Source of the DNA: Salisapilia sapeloensis CBS 127946
Lineage: Eukaryota; Protista; Oomycota
Assembly (NCBI GenBank): GCA_023334545.1
Contig: JAADVB010000050.1
Location: 28,018 to 92,017, forward strand
Length of the DNA: 64,000 bases
Direction of reading: 5' to 3'
Each line of letters opens with the position of its first letter. Position 1 is the stretch's first letter. Below the pieces are notes generated by a model, which saw only the letters and a program-made list of their open reading frames with translations, was not told the origin of the DNA and made no database searches. Below, piece by piece: positions 47,474-59,291 of this stretch. The position numbers and the translations under genes are program-made.

Positions 47474-48127
47474 ATGGAGTTTGTGCTCTTCCGCTGCGAG
47501 ACCGTGTGGATTTACCAAGTGCCCAAGGCACAGGTAACATCCTTGATGCCACGTGCAGATGCATGGGACCCAGAGCATCCTTTAATGACTGGATCTCTTA
47601 AAATTCACCAGAAAAACGATAAAGCAGCGATCCAATTGTTCGAGCCGACCAAGAAAGATAGCGAGGGCAATGACTACGAGACACTCTTCGCGCAATGCCC
47701 GCTCGAAATTACACGCGATCTGCCTCTCGACATATATATCCAAGACTGCGTCGACTCATCTCGATACTTTATGCTTCGTGTCGAAGATGAAGCGTCTAAA
47801 CGCCGAGCATACATCGGCGTCGGCTTTCCAGAGCGCGCGACTGCTTTTAATTTCAAAGCAGCGCTACAAGACTACGTCAAGTCTTGCTTGCGTCAGTTAG
47901 AAGTAGAGTCTCGACAGACGGCCGAGGAAGACGATAAACCGATGGAGCCATCGAATAAGTACACTTTGCCGGAAGGAGCAACGATCCGTGTGAACGTGAA
48001 CAAGAGTGGTAGAACGAGTGAACGAAAGGCAAAAAGTAGCGAGAGTACAGACGGGAACTTCTTCCTCCCTCCACCGCCAGCAAATAACACTGATGATGAT
48101 GAATGGGGAGACTTTGCATCCGCTTAA
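47474..48127 (+). CDS. NECAP: NECAP (adaptin ear-binding coat-associated protein)
   Basis: PHear domain (DSSRYFMLRV...YIGVGFPERATAFNFKAALQD) and the terminal WGDFASA motif of WxxF-acidic type. Confidence 0.93.
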   Translation: MEFVLFRCETVWIYQVPKAQVTSLMPRADAWDPEHPLMTGSLKIHQKNDKAAIQLFEPTKKDSEGNDYETLFAQCPLEITRDLPLDIYIQDCVDSSRYFMLRVEDEASKRRAYIGVGFPERATAFNFKAALQDYVKSCLRQLEVESRQTAEEDDKPMEPSNKYTLPEGATIRVNVNKSGRTSERKAKSSESTDGNFFLPPPPANNTDDDEWGDFASA

Positions 48128-48205
48128 TCCCTGGATGGTGAATATGACGAATTGATCTCCAACCTTTCTTCTGTATTAACCAAGCGAATGACAAGATCGC
48201 TTGTC

Positions 48206-49248
<1,043 letters not shown>

Positions 49249-49354
49249 GGTGGATCCTAATCTTTTCTTTCTTTGCCTCCCAATTGGTCTGGAAATATGT
49301 TCTACCAGACATGTCTCCTATAAGAAGAACGCATCCACTGCCTCATACACCACG

Positions 49355-51824
49355 ATGCTACATGAGCTACTACTTGCTTTGCTAGGTCACACAGGCGATG
49401 TGATTGTGAATAAACAAGGTCGATTTGTCATTAATGATGAAGCAGACTTTCTAAGTCCACCACAGCAAGTGGTACTGAATCGATTGCTTCGACTGGGCGC
49501 GATGTATGCTAAATTGGACGACTTTGTCCAGCACCAAGCACCGCAAGTATCGAGTTTGTACGTACGAGCGCTTGGACAGGGTATACAAAAGTACTTGGAA
49601 CGATATGAGCAAGCGATTGGACAAGTGGAAGTGAAAGTATTATCCAAAGGTGTCGTGTTTCCATTAGCTGAAATGGAAGTGGAGCTCGAAGAGTTTTACG
49701 AAGTCATACCAGAGCTAATAAAAGTTATACACGAAGTCCTCGTGCCATCCAATGGCTCCCATCATGGAGTACTTGATAGTACCAAGTTGCTACTGCTACT
49801 TCATCATCGTAGTCGATCCGGATACCCTCGCGTCCAGACTTGTATGCAGGAGCTACAGAGCTATTGCCATCGGTACATTCTTCATGACTTTTGTGAACTA
49901 GACGTATCTAATTTAATGGAATAGGATACTCTTTCGACAGATCGTCCATTGGATGATCTATAGCGAACTGAACGATCCGTTTTGCGAGTTCTTTGTAAAG
50001 AAACGACCGACGCAAGATCATCACGATGAAAGTGTCTACTTGGATCTAGAAGCCGTTCCGACGTCTTACTTTCCTGCCAACGTCGCGAACAGTATCTTTT
50101 TCATTGGAAAAGCAGTTCAGATCTTGAATCAGTCAGAAAAATTGACATCGGATGAAAGTCAGCAAATTATCGATCGAATGACCCCTTTTACCCAGTCCAA
50201 GCCATTCGATCGATTGGCATTAGAGTATGCGATCGAGACAACGAGAACGTATATCGCTTCTCGAGTGTATGAACAAGTCGTCGTTCAAGCTGAGTTCGTC
50301 CGGTTCTTCCAGACACTCCGTGACTTGTTCTTACTATCCAAAGGCGAGATTTTCCAAGCACTCATCGATCGAACCGAGTCTCGGATGGCTGGCCCACCCA
50401 CACAGAAGATCGTAGAAGAGATTAATCAGTACGTGTGGCCGGATATCCTCCGGGAGTTTCATCTGGACCAAGATCCATTTGCAAACTCCTTTACCATCGA
50501 TGTACCACTCGAGACATTCACGTCCCACGGATTTCAATCGACAAACGGATTTTCTCTGCAAAACGTCGGTCCAAGTGCACGGGATAGAAGTATCCTCAAC
50601 GTTGTAGATCATGGAGATCATGGATCTGTCTGGTGGGAACATCCGCAACGACATCTACAAGCTTTTTCGACGTCCTTCACACTGCATATGACAGGTCGAG
50701 CGAACTATCACTTTGCCTTCCAAGTTTCCAACGACAAATCTTTTGCTCGATCAGCTTTTACAGATACGTCGATGGGGGATGCAGTGTCAAGCGGACGACG
50801 TATCCTAGTGGAGTTCAGCATAGACCGCACGTCCCGACGAATGTACCACGTAAATGCGCACATCCGGACTCTTTCCGCAGAAGCAGATGAGCCCGTGCGT
50901 ACCTCGTCACACACTGTCTCTTGCGGTGCACAAACTGACGTGGCACACGTCTGTCTTCAATATGCGCTTAAAGAATTGCCTCAAGAGACGGATGTGGCAC
51001 CGGTACGCTTTGAGCCTGTGCTCGTGGCGTGGGTGAACGATTCTCAAGTCCTCGAGGAGGTGACGGATGTACACAAGTTATTGGAACGCACAGCTGCAGC
51101 GTCTGAATGCTACATAGGCATATCTTTGTCTCCGTCATTATCATTGTCCCACTGGCAATTTGAAAAATACAAGCATGGGAGTGTACTCCGACCGGACAAT
51201 ACGCTAGATGACAAGTACAGACGTAGTGGACGAGACCTCTGGGCTTCCTTCCGCCTCGATTGTCAAGTCCAGTGGCCATTGCACTTGCTTGTGCGACGTG
51301 AATCTGTTCAGGCGTATGCTTCTCTCTTTGAGTTTCTCTTCCAACTGAAACGTTTAACCCATGCCATGGACCGTACATGGAAGGCCGAGATGCTTCAAGG
51401 AGCTGTGTCACCGGAAAGCCGAGCTGTCTTGGCTCTACGTAGTCGCATGTCATTTGTTTTGCATAGTCTAGAGCAGTATTTGTACGTCTTTGTGATCCAG
51501 TCGAATTGGCACAAGTGTTTCGATCAAGTGACGGCATCATCGGACTTTGACCAGGTCAAACGTGTGCATGAGCAATTCGTCGCCAAAGTCGTTTCGAAAA
51601 GCTACATCCATACGTCTGGCGTCCGTACCTCGCTCCTGGAGCTTATGGACGGTTGTTGGTCTTTTATCTATGCGGTCGAGAATCAGTCGCACGCAGATAT
51701 CCGGGGACTATCCGCTTCTTTTTCAAAGCATGTGGAGCAACTGGAAAGTATGTTATCTACTTCGTCGGATCAGGATCTCCTTCTCTTGCTTGACTTCAAC
51801 GGATACTTTGCACCTCGCGGATAG
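49355..51824 (+). CDS. TUBGCP4: Gamma-tubulin complex component 4 with an internal lectin-like insertion
   Basis: N-terminus MLHELLLALLGHTG is typical of GCP4. GRIP2 motifs LRDLFLLSKGEIFQ and VQWPLHLL...YASLFEFLFQLKR. One intron (~49872-49924). Confidence 0.9.
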
Positions 51825-52170
51825 TCTTCTCGTCCACACTATAAAAAATTTAAATCCAGTTCCATCTGTGCCACCCACCGAGGGACCTAGTCTCGAGCAT
51901 TCTTATCCATCTCCTATTTTATAATCAACGGCGTGTACTCGACGCCATTGTCGCGATCGTTTGAGGGACAAGGCCCCTCAAAAGACAAGCCAGCCGGTAC
52001 GACGAAGCGACGTACTGAATCGGTAAAATACACCAGTGTCCAACTGTCTGCTCGTCTACTAGGCCTGTAGCGAAGTTTCGGGAGTGACCAGTCACGAAGA
52101 AGGACAGTGCGCTCGTAGCACACGAGGAACATTCACAACGATAGGGACGCCCACGACAGGATTTGCGCTT

Positions 52171-55100
52171 ATGGACGATGACGGTCGGTGCCGCAAGTCG
52201 CCGGCGGCCGCGAGCTTATCACGAGCGACACCGAGCGGCGTACGTGGCGACCGAGTGAGTCACGCAGCGGATGACTATTTTGCAGAACGACCGTGGTGGA
52301 AGCGATGGTTATACTGTGGATGCTGCTGGCCGTTCGTCGGACGCGGTGCTGACAATGATAGTTTGTTGGGTGCTAGCGGTGCAAATAGGTCGTCATCGGT
52401 CCCGGGAGCTAGTACGCGGCCCCAATCGGCGGAAACCGTCTTGGCAGAGCAGCAACTAAAAGCACAGATTGCCTATTACTCGACACGAAGAGTGCACATG
52501 AAGCGCGTGCAATTGTGTCTGGAGCAGGAGAAGCGGAACAAATTTTACAAGGAACTCGTGATTTACGTCATCTTCCTCGCGCTGATTCTCACGACCGTAT
52601 TATCCCTCCCAGTCCACTTTCCGTATGAACAGAATGCTGCCTTGTCCGATTTGTTCTTTGACGAAGAGTTTCCGGACATTGAGATTAAAAAGACATTCTC
52701 GGACGTGATGACGGAAGACGAGGTATGGCAATGGGTTGATGGACCGCTCTTTGAAGGTTACTATAGTTTACCTCTACGGAACAATCGGAGGATAGGAAGC
52801 ATTATGCTCCGTACCGGTCGAGTTTCTGGCCAAATGTGCCGAGACATGGACAATCGCAACGACTTTGTTCTATTTGAAGACGAAGTCTGCTTCCCGTCCT
52901 TCGACGTTGACGTCGAGTACAAGAAACCTTATGGGAATGCCCGAGGAGCACTGAAGCAGTCGTATAAGTGGCGTGATGGTATGGAAGTCCTGCGTCGATC
53001 ACAGACGTTCACACCTGGTCTAGTTAGCCACTCGATGAACTATGGTGATGGAGGGTACGCAGTGTATCTTCCTCGAGAAAACGAGACTGCTGCCAAAGCG
53101 ATTGTGAGTCAGTTGAAAGAAGACTTTCTCACGGATAGCACACGCTACCTTGTGGCGACGTTCTCCTTTTACAACCAGCAATCCAATCTCTTTACGTTCG
53201 TCCAAGCCTTGTACGAAATGTCAGACACGGATTACATGGAGACATCGGCACGTGTGAAAAGCTTCCGTATCATGTCCAGCTACACTGATACACAAGCGTT
53301 TTTGCAGGACAATGTGTTTATGATACTATTATCACTCGCTACTCTATGGCTATTGTATCGAGAGCTGTCTGATCTGCGTGACAATGGAATCTCGAGATAC
53401 TTACATTCGCTCTGGAATGTACTGGATGTTGCACAACTCGTTATACTCATCTTCTTCATCCAAGCGTGGGTGCAATACATCATCAAGGCTGAAAAGCTCC
53501 GACATGACTTGTTCCGAGTAGTCGATTTGCAGTGCGACGGTCCTGCTCATGACCAGACCGCTGCGGCTGACTGCTACGTCGATGTCGGATCTCTTGCATG
53601 GTTGTACATGTCCGTGAATGACTTTGCGTCTACTCTCGCGCTCATCTCGATTGTCATTGTTTTCAAGTACTTGCGACTCAACTCTCGTTTGAACTTGCTC
53701 TGGCGGACGCTACGACATGCTTCGAAAGATCTACTAGGCTTTGCATTCATCTTTTTCATCCTCTTCTCCGGATATGCTGTCATGGGACTTTTGATCTTTG
53801 GCAGTTCCACGCGTGGATACCACTCGCTCTCCATGTCATTGATCTCGTGCTTCCAAATGCTCCTAGGTGCCTTTGACTATTCGACGATCCAGAACGCGAA
53901 CCCGACGATGGTCGCAGTCTTCTTCTTTTCCTTTATGATCACAGTCTACCTCGTCTGTGTCAACATGTTCATTGCTATTATGAGCGAGTACTACTCGTTG
54001 TCTCAGAACGAGATGCGGGAGCATGAAGCGCAGAGACGCAATTTTGTCACACAGACGAGTGGTGGAGATGGAGATTTCCGTGACTCGCTCCAGTTCGTGG
54101 ATGTCGAGTACGACATTATTCGACAGCTAACGTCCTATTGGCATCGTATGCGCATTCAAGTACAGCTCCCTCCATCCTCTCCATCGTTTGGGTCACAATT
54201 GACTACGACACCTTTGTACGGATGTCAGCGAGTACTACTTGTGGATTACGATTATTTAATGGCTGAACGTAAGCGACTACGAGCGAAGCTACGTGCGTAC
54301 GTCCATCTAGTCACGACGTGCTTGTCCCTTTTGAGAGTAACGAACTCGGACTTTGAGTTTCGTCTTGAACCAGAGTGCATTGCCGATAAACGACCTCGAG
54401 CATCGTCGAATGATTCGTCTATGGACTATGTCGACTTCCCAGTTACGTATATCCCGATCTCGTCGAAAGCGACGAATGTAGTAGAAGCGCTTAAGTGTCT
54501 ACGCAAGGGCAATCACATTGACATGGATGACGGATCGCTTACCAAGGATCAGATCACGTTGCAAGTGCTTGGAGACCAAGACGCATATGTCCCACCGAAC
54601 TACAAACTACAGGAAGACTTTGAATTTGATGAAGACTGCACATCTGAAGTACGCATCGCAAACTCTGAGGATGGAGAGCGCGTGGGCAACCGACGCTTTG
54701 GTCTGCATCATGTGCATTCTCGCATTGGAGGTGGCGAACACATTCGCAGCTGTCGCGTGCTTTATAATGGTGAGACGGTGGTGGAAGGGAAAGAGATGTG
54801 CAGTCTTCCTCCAACTGCCTGGGTCAAGTACTTGTTCCGACATCTTGTGTGGGGAGGTATCAAGCGTGCTTTTAGCATGAAACGTCGTACGAAGAAGCAG
54901 CGTTTGATCTCAGATGCAGAGGTTGATCGTTTGATCACAGAAAACTTTATCACACCTGGTCGAGGTATGTCCTGTCGGTTTGATGAGCTCGTGCGAAACT
55001 TTCGCATGTTCATCGCGAAGAAGATTCATCGACGTCACATGCGCATTCGCAATCTGGATGAACGCATCTTTATGGAAGTCATTAATTTCCTCGAGCGGTT

Positions 55101-56175
55101 TCCATCTGCCCATTCGCCTCTGGACAAACGAGAGCTCGAAGGGTACAAGTACACGCCTCAGCCTGTGGACACACGTCGTGTCCGGTTACCTAACTCGGTG
55201 AATATGCTGGCGGAGATACTCTCTCAGAATGCACATGAGGTATGGTCTGCCGGTCGGATTGAGCAGGGATGGAGGTGGGGACCTGCTCGAGACAATGATA
55301 CGAAGCTCCATCCGGACTTGGTGCCGTACGAGTCGCTTACGGAAGAAGACAAGCAATACGACCGAGATACGTCTTTGGCGGCACTCAAGGTGATCACAGC
55401 GCTTGGCTACATCCTCGAGCCTCCAGACCACATGGAAGAATTGAAGGTATCATTTGGTACGAAGGCGACTGAGCCTGGTGGAACTTACATGCCTCGGCCG
55501 ATTCCGACTAATAAAGTCCACTTGCCACCGCACTTGAAGTCACTTGTGGAACTGCTTGCAGAGAATACGCATGAAGTGTGGGCCAAGATGCGGATGGAGC
55601 AAGGGTGGGTCTATGGTCCTCGTCGGAATGATGAGAAGCGGGAACACAACGGGTTGGTGCCATATATTTACTTGACACCAGAAGAAAAGCAAATGGACAG
55701 AAATACGGCGATGGAAGCTGTCAAGGTCATTCTTCAGTGTGGCTTTAACTTTGTCCATCGAGACCAGCGAGGAAATAAAAGGATTAAGAAGAAGAGATCA
55801 TCAAAGATGAAAGTGGTCGGACGATCGGAGAATCCGAGCGCGAATCACGTGAAAGATGCAGTTACACTTGCTCGAGGTACTAGTCGCGCGAGAGATGCTT
55901 TCTTACGGAATAACTCTCGAGGAAACAGTGTAAGAAGACGACGTGGTCAATTTGCATCGTCGCCTGCATCGTCCACTTCGACGGTAACCTCGCAGTCAGC
56001 TTTCGGTCTGCAGAGGCAGGCATCGACTGCGACGGCTTCGGTGACGTCCCAGCAATCGACGGAGGTTTCCACACTCCGTACAGAATCCGTACCAGACATT
56101 GTGTCTCCAAGATCCGAATCTAGTAGAGCTGAGGAACAGTCGAGCGACGGAAGGTCGACTGACCAGACAGAATGA
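52171..56175 (+). CDS. Polycystin-2 type cation channel with two C-terminal RyR repeats (oomycete PKDRR type)
   Basis: TM1, then a polycystin extracellular domain, then LWNVLDVAQL...FKYLRLNSRL...LLGAFDY (pore). Two RyR repeats: NAHEVWSAGRIEQGWRWGP...HPDLVPY and NTHEVWAKMRMEQGWVYGP...HNGLVPY. Intronless. Confidence 0.93.
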   Translation: MDDDGRCRKSPAAASLSRATPSGVRGDRVSHAADDYFAERPWWKRWLYCGCCWPFVGRGADNDSLLGASGANRSSSVPGASTRPQSAETVLAEQQLKAQIAYYSTRRVHMKRVQLCLEQEKRNKFYKELVIYVIFLALILTTVLSLPVHFPYEQNAALSDLFFDEEFPDIEIKKTFSDVMTEDEVWQWVDGPLFEGYYSLPLRNNRRIGSIMLRTGRVSGQMCRDMDNRNDFVLFEDEVCFPSFDVDVEYKKPYGNARGALKQSYKWRDGMEVLRRSQTFTPGLVSHSMNYGDGGYAVYLPRENETAAKAIVSQLKEDFLTDSTRYLVATFSFYNQQSNLFTFVQALYEMSDTDYMETSARVKSFRIMSSYTDTQAFLQDNVFMILLSLATLWLLYRELSDLRDNGISRYLHSLWNVLDVAQLVILIFFIQAWVQYIIKAEKLRHDLFRVVDLQCDGPAHDQTAAADCYVDVGSLAWLYMSVNDFASTLALISIVIVFKYLRLNSRLNLLWRTLRHASKDLLGFAFIFFILFSGYAVMGLLIFGSSTRGYHSLSMSLISCFQMLLGAFDYSTIQNANPTMVAVFFFSFMITVYLVCVNMFIAIMSEYYSLSQNEMREHEAQRRNFVTQTSGGDGDFRDSLQFVDVEYDIIRQLTSYWHRMRIQVQLPPSSPSFGSQLTTTPLYGCQRVLLVDYDYLMAERKRLRAKLRAYVHLVTTCLSLLRVTNSDFEFRLEPECIADKRPRASSNDSSMDYVDFPVTYIPISSKATNVVEALKCLRKGNHIDMDDGSLTKDQITLQVLGDQDAYVPPNYKLQEDFEFDEDCTSEVRIANSEDGERVGNRRFGLHHVHSRIGGGEHIRSCRVLYNGETVVEGKEMCSLPPTAWVKYLFRHLVWGGIKRAFSMKRRTKKQRLISDAEVDRLITENFITPGRGMSCRFDELVRNFRMFIAKKIHRRHMRIRNLDERIFMEVINFLERFPSAHSPLDKRELEGYKYTPQPVDTRRVRLPNSVNMLAEILSQNAHEVWSAGRIEQGWRWGPARDNDTKLHPDLVPYESLTEEDKQYDRDTSLAALKVITALGYILEPPDHMEELKVSFGTKATEPGGTYMPRPIPTNKVHLPPHLKSLVELLAENTHEVWAKMRMEQGWVYGPRRNDEKREHNGLVPYIYLTPEEKQMDRNTAMEAVKVILQCGFNFVHRDQRGNKRIKKKRSSKMKVVGRSENPSANHVKDAVTLARGTSRARDAFLRNNSRGNSVRRRRGQFASSPASSTSTVTSQSAFGLQRQASTATASVTSQQSTEVSTLRTESVPDIVSPRSESSRAEEQSSDGRSTDQTE

Positions 56176-56406
56176 ATCATCTTGTAAGAGGTTACGATAG
56201 ACGAAAAGCTTTTCGTAGGGAAGATATGACGTGTACACGCCACACTGTAAAACTAAATCCAGTAGTGTAGCGGCGTTGCTATTCATTATATTCAGTCTTC
56301 ATTCATGCTTCGTACGTTTATTCACAAGATAAAGATAATGGATAGTTGCTTCATTACCACGGAGATTACCACGCAAGTTGACTGAAAATTAAAAAAAAAA
56401 GAGAGC

Positions 56407-59022
56407 CTAGAAGAGAAACATCTTTTGAGCCAAGGGAAGGACGTCTGCAGGATCACAAGTCAGTTCCGTTCCGTCTGCTGTTACCACGTACGTCTCTGGA
56501 TCAACTCGGATCTTTGGCAACGCATCGTTCAGCTTCATATCTTTCTTCGACACTCTGCGACAGCCTTTCACAGCTTCAATGCGTTTCTTCAGTCCATAAT
56601 CCAATGCCACTTTGGCTTCGACACAGCGTTGACTGACGAATGCAATTGAGGTATCTCCAACGGCAGAGCCCAACGCGCCAAACATCGGGCGCATCTTCAC
56701 GGGCTGCGGCGTCGGGATCGATGCATTCGGATCTCCCATTTGCGCATAGACAATAGCGCCACCTTTGATGACCATATCGGGCTTACTACCGAAAAAGCCA
56801 GGGTTCCACAGCACCAAGTCAGCAAGCTTCCCTTCCTCAATGGACCCAATCGCGTGCGACATACCATGGGCAACGGCGGGGTTGATCGTGTACTTGGCAA
56901 TAAAGCGTTTCGCGCGGAAATTGTCGCTCAGTGGTGACGTCGCCGACGCTGCGTCTTCAGGTAGTGGACCACGCGTGCGCTTCATCTTATCCGCCGTTTG
57001 CCACGTACGAGTGATGACTTCTCCAATACGACCCATCGCCTGCGAATCAGACGAGATGATCGAGATGGCACCCATGTCGTGTAAGACGTCTTCCGCTGCG
57101 ATCGTTTCTCCACGGATACGCGACTCGGCAAACGCAACGTCCTCGGCGATGTTCTTATCCAAATGATGACAAACCATCTACTTCAGCTATAAATTTCATG
57201 ATACAACACTAGATCGAATCGTACGTACCAACATGTCGACGTGCTCATCGATAGTGTTACGAGTATATGGACGTGTGGGGTTTGTAGACGACGGCAAGAC
57301 GTTTGACTCTCCACATACCGTAATAATATCTGGCGCATGGCCTCCGCCAGCACCTTCGCTGTGATACGTATGGATCGTACGACCTTTAAATGCAGCAATC
57401 GTATGTTCCACGCAGCTCGATTCGTTCAAAGTGTCCGTATGGATTGTGACCTGGATATCATTCTCATCCGCCACGGACAAACAGTTGTCGATGGCAGCAG
57501 GTGTGGTGCCCCAGTCTTCATGTAGCTTCATTCCCACGGCACCCGCAGTAATCGTATCCTGAAGTCCGACGGGAACAGACGTGTTTCCTTTGCCAGTAAA
57601 GCCAAAGTTCAATGGTAAGTCATCCGTTGATTGCAGCATGAGTTTCATGTGCGCTGGACCAGGCGTGCATGTCGTGGCATTCGTCCCTGTTGCAGGTCCA
57701 GTGCCTCCTCCCACAAGCGTCGTCAACCCACTTGCAAGAGCTTCCGTACATAGTTGCGGACAAATGAAGTGAACGTGAGCGTCAAAGCCTCCAGCCGTGA
57801 GGATCAAACCTTCGCCAGCAATGACTTCGGTGTTGACGCCAACGAGTAGATTAGGCATGACACCGTCCATCACGTCTGGGTTACCACCTTTGCCAATGCC
57901 CGATATCATACCATTTTTAATCCCAACGTCAGCTTTGTAAATGCCAGAGTAGTCCAAAATGAGAGCATTCGTGATGATCGTATCGAGTGCAGTGGAAGAG
58001 TCAATACCAGTTGTTTGGCCCATACCTTCTCGAAGCACTTTGCCACCACCAAACTTGCATTCGTCCCCATACACCGTCATATCTTTTTCGACTGTAATGA
58101 ACAGCTCCATATCTCCTAGACGAATGACGTCTCCAACCGTTGGACCGTACGTCTGAGCATACACGCTTCTCGGCATCTTGCAAATGGCAAACTCTGGCGT
58201 CGAAGCGCTTGCAGGAAGAGAGCTTGGGTCTTGTACCTTGTGGTGAAAGCCTGCTTTGACTGCTTTCTTGACCACATCATCTACTTTACTCGGATCCACA
58301 GGTCCGGTTGCAAGGTTGTTGCCTCCTGAAATCTTCTGATTACCTCCGATGAGCACCACTGGCACCGTCTTCTTGTCTCCAGGCTCAAAGCGCACGGCTG
58401 TACCTGATGGAATATGAAGTCGATGGCCATAAGCGATGGCACGATCCATCTCGAGATACGGATTTGCTTCGACGAGATGGTAGTGACTACCTACTTGGAT
58501 CGGTCGATCCGACAGATTGGTGATTTGCAGCGGTTTGACAGGTCTCGACGCATTCAGCACGATCGAGTCGGCATTCGATGGTGTAATGATCTCTCCTGGC
58601 GTACTGTACTCTCGGTCGATCTTGGCTTTCTTCGCAACAGGTTCAGATGATTTAAACGACTCGAGGGAGGGTACAGGCAGGAAGGATCCATAGAGGGCGA
58701 GTGTGAGATCGCCATCAGCTCGAGCGATGGGGTTGTGCACTGTAACAAGCTTGGTGCCGTCAGGAAAGGTGCCTTCCACCTGCACTTCGTCCAAGAGCTC
58801 TGGCACGCCATCCATCACTTGGTGACGTCCGAGCATCTGCGCCCCGAGCGTCATGAGCTCGGCCACGGACTTGCCATCCCGTATAAACTCAAGTACTTGC
58901 GTCGCTAACAATGCCGTGCTCTCGGTATAGTTCAACCTCAGTCCTCTCGCAAGGCGTTTCTGTGCCAGAAAGCCTGCCGAGTGAAGTAATAGATGATCTT
59001 CTTCCCGAGGACTAAGCCGCAT
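56407..59022 (-). CDS. Urease, single-chain eukaryotic gamma-beta-alpha fusion
   Basis: Starts MRLSPRE. Motifs [36 protein letters not shown]|MVCHHL and SSDSQAMGR. One intron near 57180-57230. Confidence 0.98.
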
Positions 59023-59291
59023 CGTCCTTCAGGAGTTGTATTAGATGTGCACAAGATCTGATAATACTTTGCAACAAAAGAAAAGAAAAAAAATTGCGAA
59101 TCGAAACCAATGATATTCGTTTCAATTGTTTTTGTGTGAATCCTAGCGAGAAGCTTCGTATAGCAAATGTCATATCAGGACACTACATACACGTACTCCT
59201 ATGAGATGACTACAGCAATGTCATTACGATTCGACAGTGCCAGTCATCTCGATGCCCATCCATCCTAAGGATGCTTTCATCCAATGTCGAC

